Assembly: GCA_037146995.1 (NCBI GenBank)
Contig: JBAWWA010000002.1
Location: 67,955-114,563 of the forward strand
Origin: a bacterium
GTDB taxonomy: Bacteria; Patescibacteriota; Patescibacteriia; Patescibacteriales; GWE2-39-37
Reading direction: 5' to 3'
DNA length: 46,609 nt
In this document: one piece after another, positions 11,102 to 19,578 of the stretch
Layout: every line of letters starts with the position of its first letter
How positions within the stretch are numbered: the stretch's first letter is position 1
Program-made: the position numbers and the translations under genes
Notes under the pieces: generated by a model
Databases searched by the model: none
Seen by the model: only the letters and a program-made list of their open reading frames with translations
What the model was told of the DNA's origin: nothing

Positions 11102-12529
11102 TTAATCCACCAAACGAGGAAATAAAGATTCACCCTTAACAATTTGATTCGCTTCAAATTGTTTAATCACCTGCTGAGCCGTTGTTGGCATAAAAGCCAA
11201 GAGCAAATCAGCAACATTCAATATCGTTTGAGCCACAGGAACCAACACATCACTTATCTCAGTCACTGACTCCATTTTCCAAGGTTTCTTTTCAGATAAC
11301 AGCTCATCCATGAGAGCAATTTTTTGCCACAATATTTTTAAGACCTCATCAAATTTCAAATCATTCATGGCACTTGAGACTTTACTTGTCAGATCCTGAT
11401 CGGTCCCGGCCCTTAATTTTGTTGCGATACTATTTTTTTCAAGTAAATTTGAAACTCTGGCCACGAGGTTGCCCAGACCATTCGCTAAGTCAGCGGTAAA
11501 TTTGTCATCAAAAAATTTTCTGCCGATATCGCCATCATGCCCAAAAGAGGTGGCACTCATCAATAAGTACCTAGCACCATCTACACCATAACGTTTAATC
11601 AGCTCTGCTGGAGCAATGACGTTATCTAAGCTCTTACTCATTTTTTGTCCTTCTACCAAAAAGAAGCCATGTATAAACAACTCTTTTGAGGTTGGCAAAT
11701 CCAGTGCAATTAGCATAGCCTGCCAGATAGTCGCATGGACTCTTAGAATATCTTTACTCATGAGCTGCACTGTGGCCGGCCACATCCGTGGACAAACCCC
11801 TGCCTCACCCTGCCAGCCCAAACCTGTTAGATAATTTAAAAATGCATCAGCCCAAACATAGATAGTGTGATTTTCATCTCCTGGAAAAGGTATGCCCCAT
11901 TTGACCTTTTCGCGCGAAAAAGCGACATCTCGTAAGCCGTGTTGAGTTATAAAACTCAGTATTTCATTTTTTCGCTCGACTGGCCTGACTTTTATTTCGT
12001 CGGATTCTATACGACGAACCAACTCGTGCTGAAAATTTGAAAGTTTGAACATGTACGCCTCTTCGCTCATCCATTGAGGAACAGTTAAGTGGTCTGGACA
12101 TTTGCCGTTTATCAAATCTTTTTCATTTTTAAATTGCTCGCACCCCTGACAATACAAACCTTCATATTTATCTTTAACAATTACACCCTTTTCAAGCATC
12201 ACTTCAACTGCTCGCTGAACTGCCTGCTTGTGGGATGAGTCAGTCGTACGAATAAAACTGTCATTTGATATGCCAAAGTCACTCCAAGCCTTTTGAAAGG
12301 TAGTCGAAACTTTATCAACAAAATCCTGAGGCTCAACACCAGCCTCGGCAGCCTTCTCAGCAATTTTTGCCCCATGTTCATCAGTGCCTGTCAAAAAAAA
12401 TGTCTCATCACCCTGCTGCCGATGCCAACGCGCCAAAATATCAGCAGCCACTGTCGTATAAGTGTGCCCAATATGCGGCTCAGCATTCACATAATATATG
12501 GGCGTGGTCACGTAAAATTTATTCTTCAT
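11102..12529 (-). CDS. metG: Methionyl-tRNA synthetase (short form, no C-terminal tRNA-binding appendix)
   Basis: TTPIYYVN..PHIGH, TGTDEHG, CxxC/CxxH knuckle, YVWADA, KMSKS. Confidence 0.96.
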   Translation of the reverse strand: MKNKFYVTTPIYYVNAEPHIGHTYTTVAADILARWHRQQGDETFFLTGTDEHGAKIAEKAAEAGVEPQDFVDKVSTTFQKAWSDFGISNDSFIRTTDSSHKQAVQRAVEVMLEKGVIVKDKYEGLYCQGCEQFKNEKDLINGKCPDHLTVPQWMSEEAYMFKLSNFQHELVRRIESDEIKVRPVERKNEILSFITQHGLRDVAFSREKVKWGIPFPGDENHTIYVWADAFLNYLTGLGWQGEAGVCPRMWPATVQLMSKDILRVHATIWQAMLIALDLPTSKELFIHGFFLVEGQKMSKSLDNVIAPAELIKRYGVDGARYLLMSATSFGHDGDIGRKFFDDKFTADLANGLGNLVARVSNLLEKNSIATKLRAGTDQDLTSKVSSAMNDLKFDEVLKILWQKIALMDELLSEKKPWKMESVTEISDVLVPVAQTILNVADLLLAFMPTTAQQVIKQFEANQIVKGESLFPRLVD

Positions 12530-12530
12530 C

Positions 12531-13310
12531 TTATTTACCGATAATTACAACAAACTCCCCCCGTTGATCATTGTCATTTGATTTAATTTTTTCAATTATA
12601 CTATCCAATTCTCCACGATAGACCGTTTCATGCATTTTTGATATTTCCCTGCAAACTACAATCGAAGTCAGATTGATTGGCCTAGCATCTTCAATTTTCT
12701 TCTTGTATCGTTGCATACGGCTCATGACTTTTTGCTCTTCTTCATCTTCGATCGTCATTTCACCCACACTTTTATTAGCTAATTCACGCAATTCCTCTAA
12801 AAATTTTATAATCCGATGCTTTGATTCATACACCACAACCGGATACTCACTTTCAATAATTTTCCTAATAAAAGTTTGACGACCTTTTTTGTGCGGTGGA
12901 AAGCCAAGGAAAAAAAATTTGTCAGCTGCAATTCCAGAAATTGACAATGCTGCTGTTACTGCTGAAGCGCCAGGTACAGATTCGACTTTGATGTCATCAC
13001 CGAAACGCTCGATTACCGCAGCCACTAACTTGCCTCCAGGATCAGAAATTCCCGGCGTACCTGCATCCGTCACCAAGGCGACGTTTTTGCCTGAGGCCAA
13101 AATATCCAAAATTTCTGCAACCTTGCGATCATCAGAATGCTGGTGATAAGAGATCATTCTGGTCTCAATCTTGTAATGCTTTAGTAAAACACCAGTCACT
13201 CTAGTGTCTTCGCACAAGATAAAATCAACCTCACCTAAAATGCGCAAGGCTCGCATGGTCAAGTCCTCTAAATTTCCAATTGGCGTAGCAACTATATATA
13301 ATGTAGGCAT
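12531..13310 (-). CDS. rsmI: 16S rRNA C1402 2'-O-methyltransferase (start revised to ATG 13310)
   Basis: LYIVATPIGNLED, CEDTR, DAGTPGISDPG, YESKHR, REISKMHE, RGEFV. Confidence 0.96.
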   Translation of the reverse strand: MPTLYIVATPIGNLEDLTMRALRILGEVDFILCEDTRVTGVLLKHYKIETRMISYHQHSDDRKVAEILDILASGKNVALVTDAGTPGISDPGGKLVAAVIERFGDDIKVESVPGASAVTAALSISGIAADKFFFLGFPPHKKGRQTFIRKIIESEYPVVVYESKHRIIKFLEELRELANKSVGEMTIEDEEEQKVMSRMQRYKKKIEDARPINLTSIVVCREISKMHETVYRGELDSIIEKIKSNDNDQRGEFVVIIGK

Positions 13311-13317
13311 AAAAAAT

Positions 13318-14973
13318 CTACTGGCTAATATCGTCTTTTCTCTCTCTAATATACTTCGTCCATTCTTCGGCAATTTCTACAAATATCTTAAATGGCGCTT
13401 CAATTATAAAATCCATTATCAATACAAAAACATTTAACTTGGAAAAGTTTTCCGACAAAATTCGGCCGACTGCCATAATGGGAATATAGAAAAAATCGAC
13501 CACAAACATTAATAGGTTTTCCTTGGCATCAATCACAAAAAGCTCTCGTACACGCTTGCGTATACGAACACTAAAGAAACTAATTAAGGCCAAAAATAAG
13601 GTAAAAATAGCAATACTGACAAGATTGAAATTGATCTGTCGCAAAAGATAGACGACGCCGCCAAAAGAGACAAAAAAAGTTATAATATAAATGGCACCAA
13701 ATATCCAGTTTTTTATTTTGCTGCGAGCATGATCATAAATACGCAGCATTATTGGTTCTTTGCGCTTTTTCTCAACGAAAGTTAGTTCTTCGATGCCCTC
13801 AATTATCCTAGCCGTATTCTTATCAGTCGGCAATGCCGAAAATAGAATTATAAAAAACAACAAGACGGGCGGGAAAGCCACATTAATAGCCAGTGAATTA
13901 TTATTTATCGTCTCTCCAAGCAACTGAGCTACAGGAATTTCTAAAATCAAAACCACGATGCTTTTGGTAATAAATAGATAGATAATACTTCTGATACCGG
14001 CCCGCCACAACTTAGCTTTTGCTGATTTATAACGTTTACCGCAGACGACTTTTATATCACGTGGAAAGGCTTTTGGGTCCTTTTGTAAATTTTCATAAAC
14101 TCCGCGCGGATCATTACTAACGACCTCAGTCAAAATACTGTAATAGATATAGTATCTATTTACAATTTTGCTAATCTGGGCGGCAAGCGGATGATCTATT
14201 TGCTTATTAATCGCATCTCGCAAATGCACAATATTAGTCGCAATTTTAACAATTTGTTCATCATTGGCATTTTGCCAATCCCGAATATAATACTTAAAGA
14301 GAATATGAGAGACCATGTCCCGGTCTGCCCTAAAATAGCTACGATATATGCTGACATAAATCTGAATTTCCCGGTCTTGATGAAATTTAGACTCTGGCGG
14401 CAATTCAATGCTGTTACCCAGCATGTCGTACATATTGCCAACAATGACCTGATCCACTTTACTGCGACGTAATTTTTCCTCTATTTCACAAGCAGCTATA
14501 GCAATAATCCAACGTGCCAAGTCCAAGCGCTCTTTGAATTCCAACGTCTGCTCAGTCGCATCGAGCGCAACTTTTTTAAACCTTAAATAGCGATTAATAA
14601 TAAGTCCAATCTCGTCAATTTTACTTTCTGGTAATTTGTTATTAGCCAAATAGCCTGCCCTAATCAGTTCAACCAATAAATGTTTCGCAATTTGCTTGCC
14701 ATCCTTGGTCATTTCGATGTTGATCTGACGTTTTAAGATGCGATCAATCGCATTTTTATAAAGCAAGTGCTCTTCCTTGTCATCAACCGTATTGCGGATT
14801 TTTTCATAATAAAAAGACATCTTGGAAATAATTTCCGAGACGCGAATTTTTGGCTCATCAGATTGACTTTCTTCTTTGTTTTGTTGGCGATAAATTACCT
14901 GAAAAAGTTTTTTGACACTCTCATTCGGGGTGAATTTTGCCTCTTCTTTTTGAATAAATAGCGGATTGACCAT
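13318..14973 (-). CDS. Hypothetical membrane protein, 551 aa (soluble N-half, several C-terminal TM segments)
   Basis: Long ORF ending 7 nt before the rsmI start; hydrophobic stretches in the last ~230 aa; family not recognised. Confidence 0.8.
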   Translation of the reverse strand: MVNPLFIQKEEAKFTPNESVKKLFQVIYRQQNKEESQSDEPKIRVSEIISKMSFYYEKIRNTVDDKEEHLLYKNAIDRILKRQINIEMTKDGKQIAKHLLVELIRAGYLANNKLPESKIDEIGLIINRYLRFKKVALDATEQTLEFKERLDLARWIIAIAACEIEEKLRRSKVDQVIVGNMYDMLGNSIELPPESKFHQDREIQIYVSIYRSYFRADRDMVSHILFKYYIRDWQNANDEQIVKIATNIVHLRDAINKQIDHPLAAQISKIVNRYYIYYSILTEVVSNDPRGVYENLQKDPKAFPRDIKVVCGKRYKSAKAKLWRAGIRSIIYLFITKSIVVLILEIPVAQLLGETINNNSLAINVAFPPVLLFFIILFSALPTDKNTARIIEGIEELTFVEKKRKEPIMLRIYDHARSKIKNWIFGAIYIITFFVSFGGVVYLLRQINFNLVSIAIFTLFLALISFFSVRIRKRVRELFVIDAKENLLMFVVDFFYIPIMAVGRILSENFSKLNVFVLIMDFIIEAPFKIFVEIAEEWTKYIRERKDDISQ

Positions 14974-15040
14974 ATAGAGTATTATAATAATACTTTGCCA
15001 TATTTAGCTTAATAAAGCAAATATTCATAGAAACGGATAA

Positions 15041-15083
15041 AAAATAAAAAATCAGCATTCTGGGATGCTGATTTTTTATTTTA
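15041..15083. terminator. Bidirectional intrinsic terminator
   Basis: AAAATAAAAAATCAGCAT-TCTGGG-ATGCTGATTTTTTATTTT. Confidence 0.8.
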
Positions 15084-15087
15084 TAAC

Positions 15088-15573
15088 CTACTCTAGTGTC
15101 ATTAAACTTTGCTTGATATTATTCTCGTCCTTGCTGGTCCAGACGTTTTGCCACTCGCTTGGCAGATTGGTCCAAAACTTAATTGCATAAGTCTTGTCTT
15201 TAGCCTCAATCAGCTTCTCAAAGCCTTGATCCTTATATTTACCCTTTTCATAAACCCGAACGATAAAGACTTTGGCATAACCAGGCACATCTGTGTTGCG
15301 TAAATCATTAAACGCTCGATCTTTAGCTGGAATTAAAAATTCCATATCCCTAAAATCGGTAGTCTGCTCGCCTTTTTCATTTTTTCCAATTTTCTGCTGC
15401 ACTTGATAATACTGGAAACTCTCCGGCAAATCAACCTTAAAACCCATTGATTCGCTTTTAAAATGGTAAACCTTCGACGAAGCGTCAAGTTCATCCATTA
15501 GGGGTGCTTTGCCACAACCACTCAAGGTTAAAGATAAAACACAAAATAAAGATAATAAAAATGCTTTTTTCAT
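15088..15573 (-). CDS. Putative lipoprotein
   Basis: MKK + hydrophobic core + LSGC lipobox. Confidence 0.8.
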   Translation of the reverse strand: MKKAFLLSLFCVLSLTLSGCGKAPLMDELDASSKVYHFKSESMGFKVDLPESFQYYQVQQKIGKNEKGEQTTDFRDMEFLIPAKDRAFNDLRNTDVPGYAKVFIVRVYEKGKYKDQGFEKLIEAKDKTYAIKFWTNLPSEWQNVWTSKDENNIKQSLMTLE

Positions 15574-15646
15574 AAGGTAAAAATAAGTGTCCGGATATAT
15601 AAGATACCGGACACTATGATATTACTAGAAATCTGAGATTGGTCAA

Positions 15647-15672
15647 CCCCACTTCGCTAAAGCTTCGCGAAG
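15647..15672. repeat. 26-nt palindromic element, same family as those at 30585-30750 (opposite orientation)
   Basis: CCCCAC-TTC-GCTAAAGC-TTC-GCGAAG. Confidence 0.6.
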
Positions 15673-15746
15673 TAAGCCCTCCCCTACATTTAATTAATAG
15701 CTTGAGAGAATAAATACTTCCACCAAAACCAAAACCAATTAAAATT

Positions 15747-15974
15747 CTACAACTTTAATAATCTTTCAATATCGTGCTTGATTGACAGAACCTTTAAGCC
15801 AAAATAGATAAAACCAAAGGCCCAAACCAAAGCTAAAACGCCTAGAATCACCTGCACAGCCATCGGTACCCAAACTATAGTAGCCGACAATAAAGCAAAG
15901 GCCACGCCAGTGCTAATAAAGGTAAATGCAATGCCGTATAATTTACGGTTAATTTTTCTCACGATTTCGGTCAT
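15747..15974 (-). CDS. Small two-TM membrane protein
   Basis: 75 aa with two hydrophobic helices. Confidence 0.7.
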   Translation of the reverse strand: MTEIVRKINRKLYGIAFTFISTGVAFALLSATIVWVPMAVQVILGVLALVWAFGFIYFGLKVLSIKHDIERLLKL

Positions 15975-16037
15975 ATGGATTGATATAAATTTTAATACCC
16001 ATATTATAACATGAAAGAAAAAAACATAAAAGAAAAA

Positions 16038-16069
16038 AATAAGGGGTGGCTAATTAGCCACCCCTTATT
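16038..16069 (-). terminator. rpsA terminator; perfect 32-bp palindrome
   Basis: AATAAGGGGTGGCTAATTAGCCACCCCTTATT; T-run on the minus strand. Confidence 0.8.
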
Positions 16070-16095
16070 AATCACGCCTTAACTCGTAAAAGCTG

Positions 16096-17259
16096 CTATT
16101 CCTTTACAACCTCTTTTTCTTCAGCTTTTTCTTCTTTTACTTTTTTAGTTTTTTTCTCTTCGATCTTAACCTCAGTTGAGGCAAGTCCTAAGCGATGTTC
16201 ACGCGGTTCAATAGAAATAATACGTAAATCTGTATTTTGATTAATCTTGTACAAATCCTCTACCTTTTGACCAGGAGCTAATGCTAACTGTGAAACATGA
16301 GCTAATCCATGAATATCGTCATTCAATTTTACAAATAAACCAAATGGATTGACCTTCAAAATCGTCGTAGTTACAACGTCACCGATCTTGAATTTCTTAG
16401 CAATATCTGTCCAAGGATCACGTGCCAATTTTTTTGCTGACAAAAAGATCTTTGAACCATCAATATTAATAATTTCTGCCTCAATGTCCTGACCAGTCTT
16501 AAATAATTCAGCTGGATCATCGATACGTTGCCAAGCTAACTCAGAAATATGAATCAAGCCTTCTAAGTTATCGCCAAAGCTCAAGAATACGCCAAAATCT
16601 GTCACAGCTGTAATTTTACCTTTAACCTTGATGCCCACTTTATACTTTGCAATAACATCACGCTGTCTCTCGTTCCAAGCCTCTTTTTCTGAAAAAATAA
16701 TTTTTTCACCTTTTTCATCAAAGCTCATTACACGAACATCAAAATCTGAACCAACAAATGATTTTAATTTTTCAAGAATCCGAGATTTGTCACCACCTGA
16801 AACACGTGGATAATTTTCCGGCGCCAATTGTGATACTGGCAAGAAACCCGTAATCTGACCGTAAGCGCAAAGTAAGCCACCACGGTTAGCATCCAAGATA
16901 CGAACCTTAATATTGTTTTTATTTTCAAATGAATCCTTCAAGGTCACCCAAGCTTTTTCTTGACCAGCAAAACGGAAAGATAATTCAATGTTGCCAAGCT
17001 CGTTCTCACCATCAACTACAGTTGCCTCAATCTCGTCACCAGGCTTCAAACCAGCATAATCAGGTGATTCATCATACAACTCTCGACCACGCACGACACC
17101 GATGAATGTACCATCGATATCAAGACGAACTTCAGCCTTTGAAGCTGACAATACGATACCTTTAACGATAGCCCCAACCTGTGGCACAACAATAGTGTCT
17201 TTTTCTAAAATATCTGCAAATTCCTGCGAATCTTCTACCAAGTCCATGTCTTTTGACAT
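16096..17259 (-). CDS. rpsA: 30S ribosomal protein S1 (four S1 domains)
   Basis: Repeated S1 motifs GFLPVSQL, FGVFL..EGLIHISELAW, FGLFV..HGLAHVSQL. Confidence 0.92.
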   Translation of the reverse strand: MSKDMDLVEDSQEFADILEKDTIVVPQVGAIVKGIVLSASKAEVRLDIDGTFIGVVRGRELYDESPDYAGLKPGDEIEATVVDGENELGNIELSFRFAGQEKAWVTLKDSFENKNNIKVRILDANRGGLLCAYGQITGFLPVSQLAPENYPRVSGGDKSRILEKLKSFVGSDFDVRVMSFDEKGEKIIFSEKEAWNERQRDVIAKYKVGIKVKGKITAVTDFGVFLSFGDNLEGLIHISELAWQRIDDPAELFKTGQDIEAEIINIDGSKIFLSAKKLARDPWTDIAKKFKIGDVVTTTILKVNPFGLFVKLNDDIHGLAHVSQLALAPGQKVEDLYKINQNTDLRIISIEPREHRLGLASTEVKIEEKKTKKVKEEKAEEKEVVKE

Positions 17260-17391
17260 ATATAAAATATTCTCTTTTGGTCAGAAATTTTATTTCAAGA
17301 CCATAAAAAAATAGGACCTAACCCGGAAACCCGAGCTCTTTCGCCATCCCAACGAAAGAATTAATAAAATGGATGATTAATTTGTGGCTTT

Positions 17392-17420
17392 ATATTAGCC
17401 AAAATTATACTTTTTGTCAA
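17392..17420 (-). promoter_or_regulatory. rpsA promoter
   Basis: TTGACA-17 bp-TAATAT on the minus strand. Confidence 0.6.
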
Positions 17421-17426
17421 GTATTT

Positions 17427-19529
17427 TTACTCAAGGTGTATGCGCTTCTCCCAATCACCAAGCTCTGCGGCAATTTTCGGGTACAAAGCTTCCAATTTAT
17501 CTTTATTATTAGCCAATTTACTCATTACGCGTTCTGCCGCCATTTTAGCCTCTTTCATCAAGGGAAAATCAAAAAGCGAAGCAATTTTTAAGTCCAAATA
17601 ACCTTTTTGCATCGTGCCATAAACCTCGCCTGGACCACGATATTTCAAATCGACCTTAGCTAAGGCAAAGCCATCACTGAATTTTTCCATCGCCTCAAGT
17701 CGCTTAAGACTATTGCCTGACGCATTTGTCATTAGCATGCAATACGACTGGTACTGCCCTCGACCGACTCGTCCCCTGAATTGATGTAATTGCGCCAAAC
17801 CGAATTGTTCCGCATTTTCAATCATCATGACACTGGCGTTAGGCACATCGACACCAACCTCGATCACTGAAGTCGAGACCAACACTTTCGTTTTAGCCTC
17901 CAAAAAATCGGCCATCACTTGGGCTTTTTCCTTTGGCTTCAATTTGCCATGCATAAGACCGATTGGCAAGTCCTTGAAGATCTCTTTGTCTAGTCTTTCA
18001 AACTCCTCTTTGACTGACTTCTTGCCGCCGACATCGCCCTCCTCGATCAATGGGCAAACCACAAAAACCTGACGACCTTCAGCAACCTGCATTTTAATGA
18101 AATCGTAAGCCTTTTGGCGCTCATTCTCCGTTACGACTTTGGTTTTTATAATTTTACGATTAGCCGGCAATTCATCCAAGACTGACAAATCCAAATCACC
18201 ATACATAACGAGGGCCAAACTCCGCGGAATCGGGGTGGCTGTCATCGACAATAAATGCGGTACTAAACCGTAATTACCAGACTTACCCAATAAGGTTTTT
18301 CTTTGAGCCACACCAAAACGATGCTGCTCATCAATTACGGCCAAGGCCAATTTATTAAATTCTATTTTGTCTTGAATTAGCGCATGCGTGCCGACAATAA
18401 TATCAGCATTTTTTATAATAAAACTGGCATCAAATTTTTTTATTTTCTTAATTGAAGCCTTGTCTTCAAAATTATTATGATTTAATTCTCTTCTAGAACC
18501 AGTAATTATGCCAATTCTGAGCTTGGTGTTTTTCAATGAACGGCACAATGATTCAAAGTGTTGACTAGCGAGTATCTCAGTTGGAACCATTAAGACACCT
18601 TGAAAACCATTCAGAGCGGTATTTAATAATGCCATAGTTGCCACCAAAGTCTTGCCACTACCAACATCACCTTCAAGCAGGCGCGACATTGGACGGTAAT
18701 TTTCTAAATTTTTAATTATTTCCCACGAAGCCTTGCGCTGCGCATTAGTCAACTTGAAGGGCAAATTATCAACGAAATCCTTGGTCTCGGCTTCTTTAAA
18801 TCTAATACTTGATGCTGAATTAATTTCGAGATCAAGTTTTATTAATTGCGCCTGAAGTTGCACTAAAAATAATTCATCGAAGCCAAGACGTCTTCTAGCC
18901 AAATCAATATCTGCTTGATTACGTGGAAAATGAATTTTGTGTATCGCCTCGGACAATGACACTAATTTTTGTTCTTTTATCGTTTCCCCAGGTAGCCAAT
19001 CATTCAAATCTTTAGCTAGACCTATAACATCTTTGACCAAATACCTGATTTGCTTATGAGTGACATTAGCCGTTAAATGATAATTTGGCACTAAACCTTG
19101 AGTATGCACCGTTCCATTTAAGCCGATTTTTTCATAGGCTGGTGAACTCAAAACCTGACCGCTATAACCGCTATCAACTCGTCCTGCAAGCGACACCTTG
19201 TCACCAACTAACAAGGACTTGGCAATGAAAGGCTGATTAAACCACACCACTTTAATCTGGCCAGTATCATCAGACACTAAAGCTTCGGTAATCTGTAATC
19301 GACGTTTGAAGCTCTTTTTATTTTGTATCAACTCAATATTAACTAAAATATTAACCGAATCGCCAGGCTTAATGTCGGCAATTTTTTTGGGCTCGCTAAA
19401 ATCATCATACCGAAATGGAAAATACAGTAACAAATCCTTGACTGTATTAATTTCAAGCAGTTTCAACCTTTTAGCGGTCGTCGAGCCAACTCTATTTATT
19501 TCCGAGATTGCTGAATCCAATTTTAACAT
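17427..19529 (-). CDS. recG: ATP-dependent DNA helicase RecG
   Basis: YFPFRYDD, WFNQPF, GDVGSGKT, DEQHRFG, MTATPIPRSL, QLHQFRGRVGR, DLKYRGPGE. Confidence 0.97.
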   Translation of the reverse strand: MLKLDSAISEINRVGSTTAKRLKLLEINTVKDLLLYFPFRYDDFSEPKKIADIKPGDSVNILVNIELIQNKKSFKRRLQITEALVSDDTGQIKVVWFNQPFIAKSLLVGDKVSLAGRVDSGYSGQVLSSPAYEKIGLNGTVHTQGLVPNYHLTANVTHKQIRYLVKDVIGLAKDLNDWLPGETIKEQKLVSLSEAIHKIHFPRNQADIDLARRRLGFDELFLVQLQAQLIKLDLEINSASSIRFKEAETKDFVDNLPFKLTNAQRKASWEIIKNLENYRPMSRLLEGDVGSGKTLVATMALLNTALNGFQGVLMVPTEILASQHFESLCRSLKNTKLRIGIITGSRRELNHNNFEDKASIKKIKKFDASFIIKNADIIVGTHALIQDKIEFNKLALAVIDEQHRFGVAQRKTLLGKSGNYGLVPHLLSMTATPIPRSLALVMYGDLDLSVLDELPANRKIIKTKVVTENERQKAYDFIKMQVAEGRQVFVVCPLIEEGDVGGKKSVKEEFERLDKEIFKDLPIGLMHGKLKPKEKAQVMADFLEAKTKVLVSTSVIEVGVDVPNASVMMIENAEQFGLAQLHQFRGRVGRGQYQSYCMLMTNASGNSLKRLEAMEKFSDGFALAKVDLKYRGPGEVYGTMQKGYLDLKIASLFDFPLMKEAKMAAERVMSKLANNKDKLEALYPKIAAELGDWEKRIHLE

Positions 19530-19578
19530 GGCTTTATCTTATCACAACTATATCATATTTGTCATTTCTGGCAGTAAG

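Noticed and set aside
16038-16069. Perfect 32-bp palindrome as a recombination or mobile-element site
   Set aside because: Its position just after the rpsA stop and the adjacent T-run are adequately explained by an intrinsic terminator.
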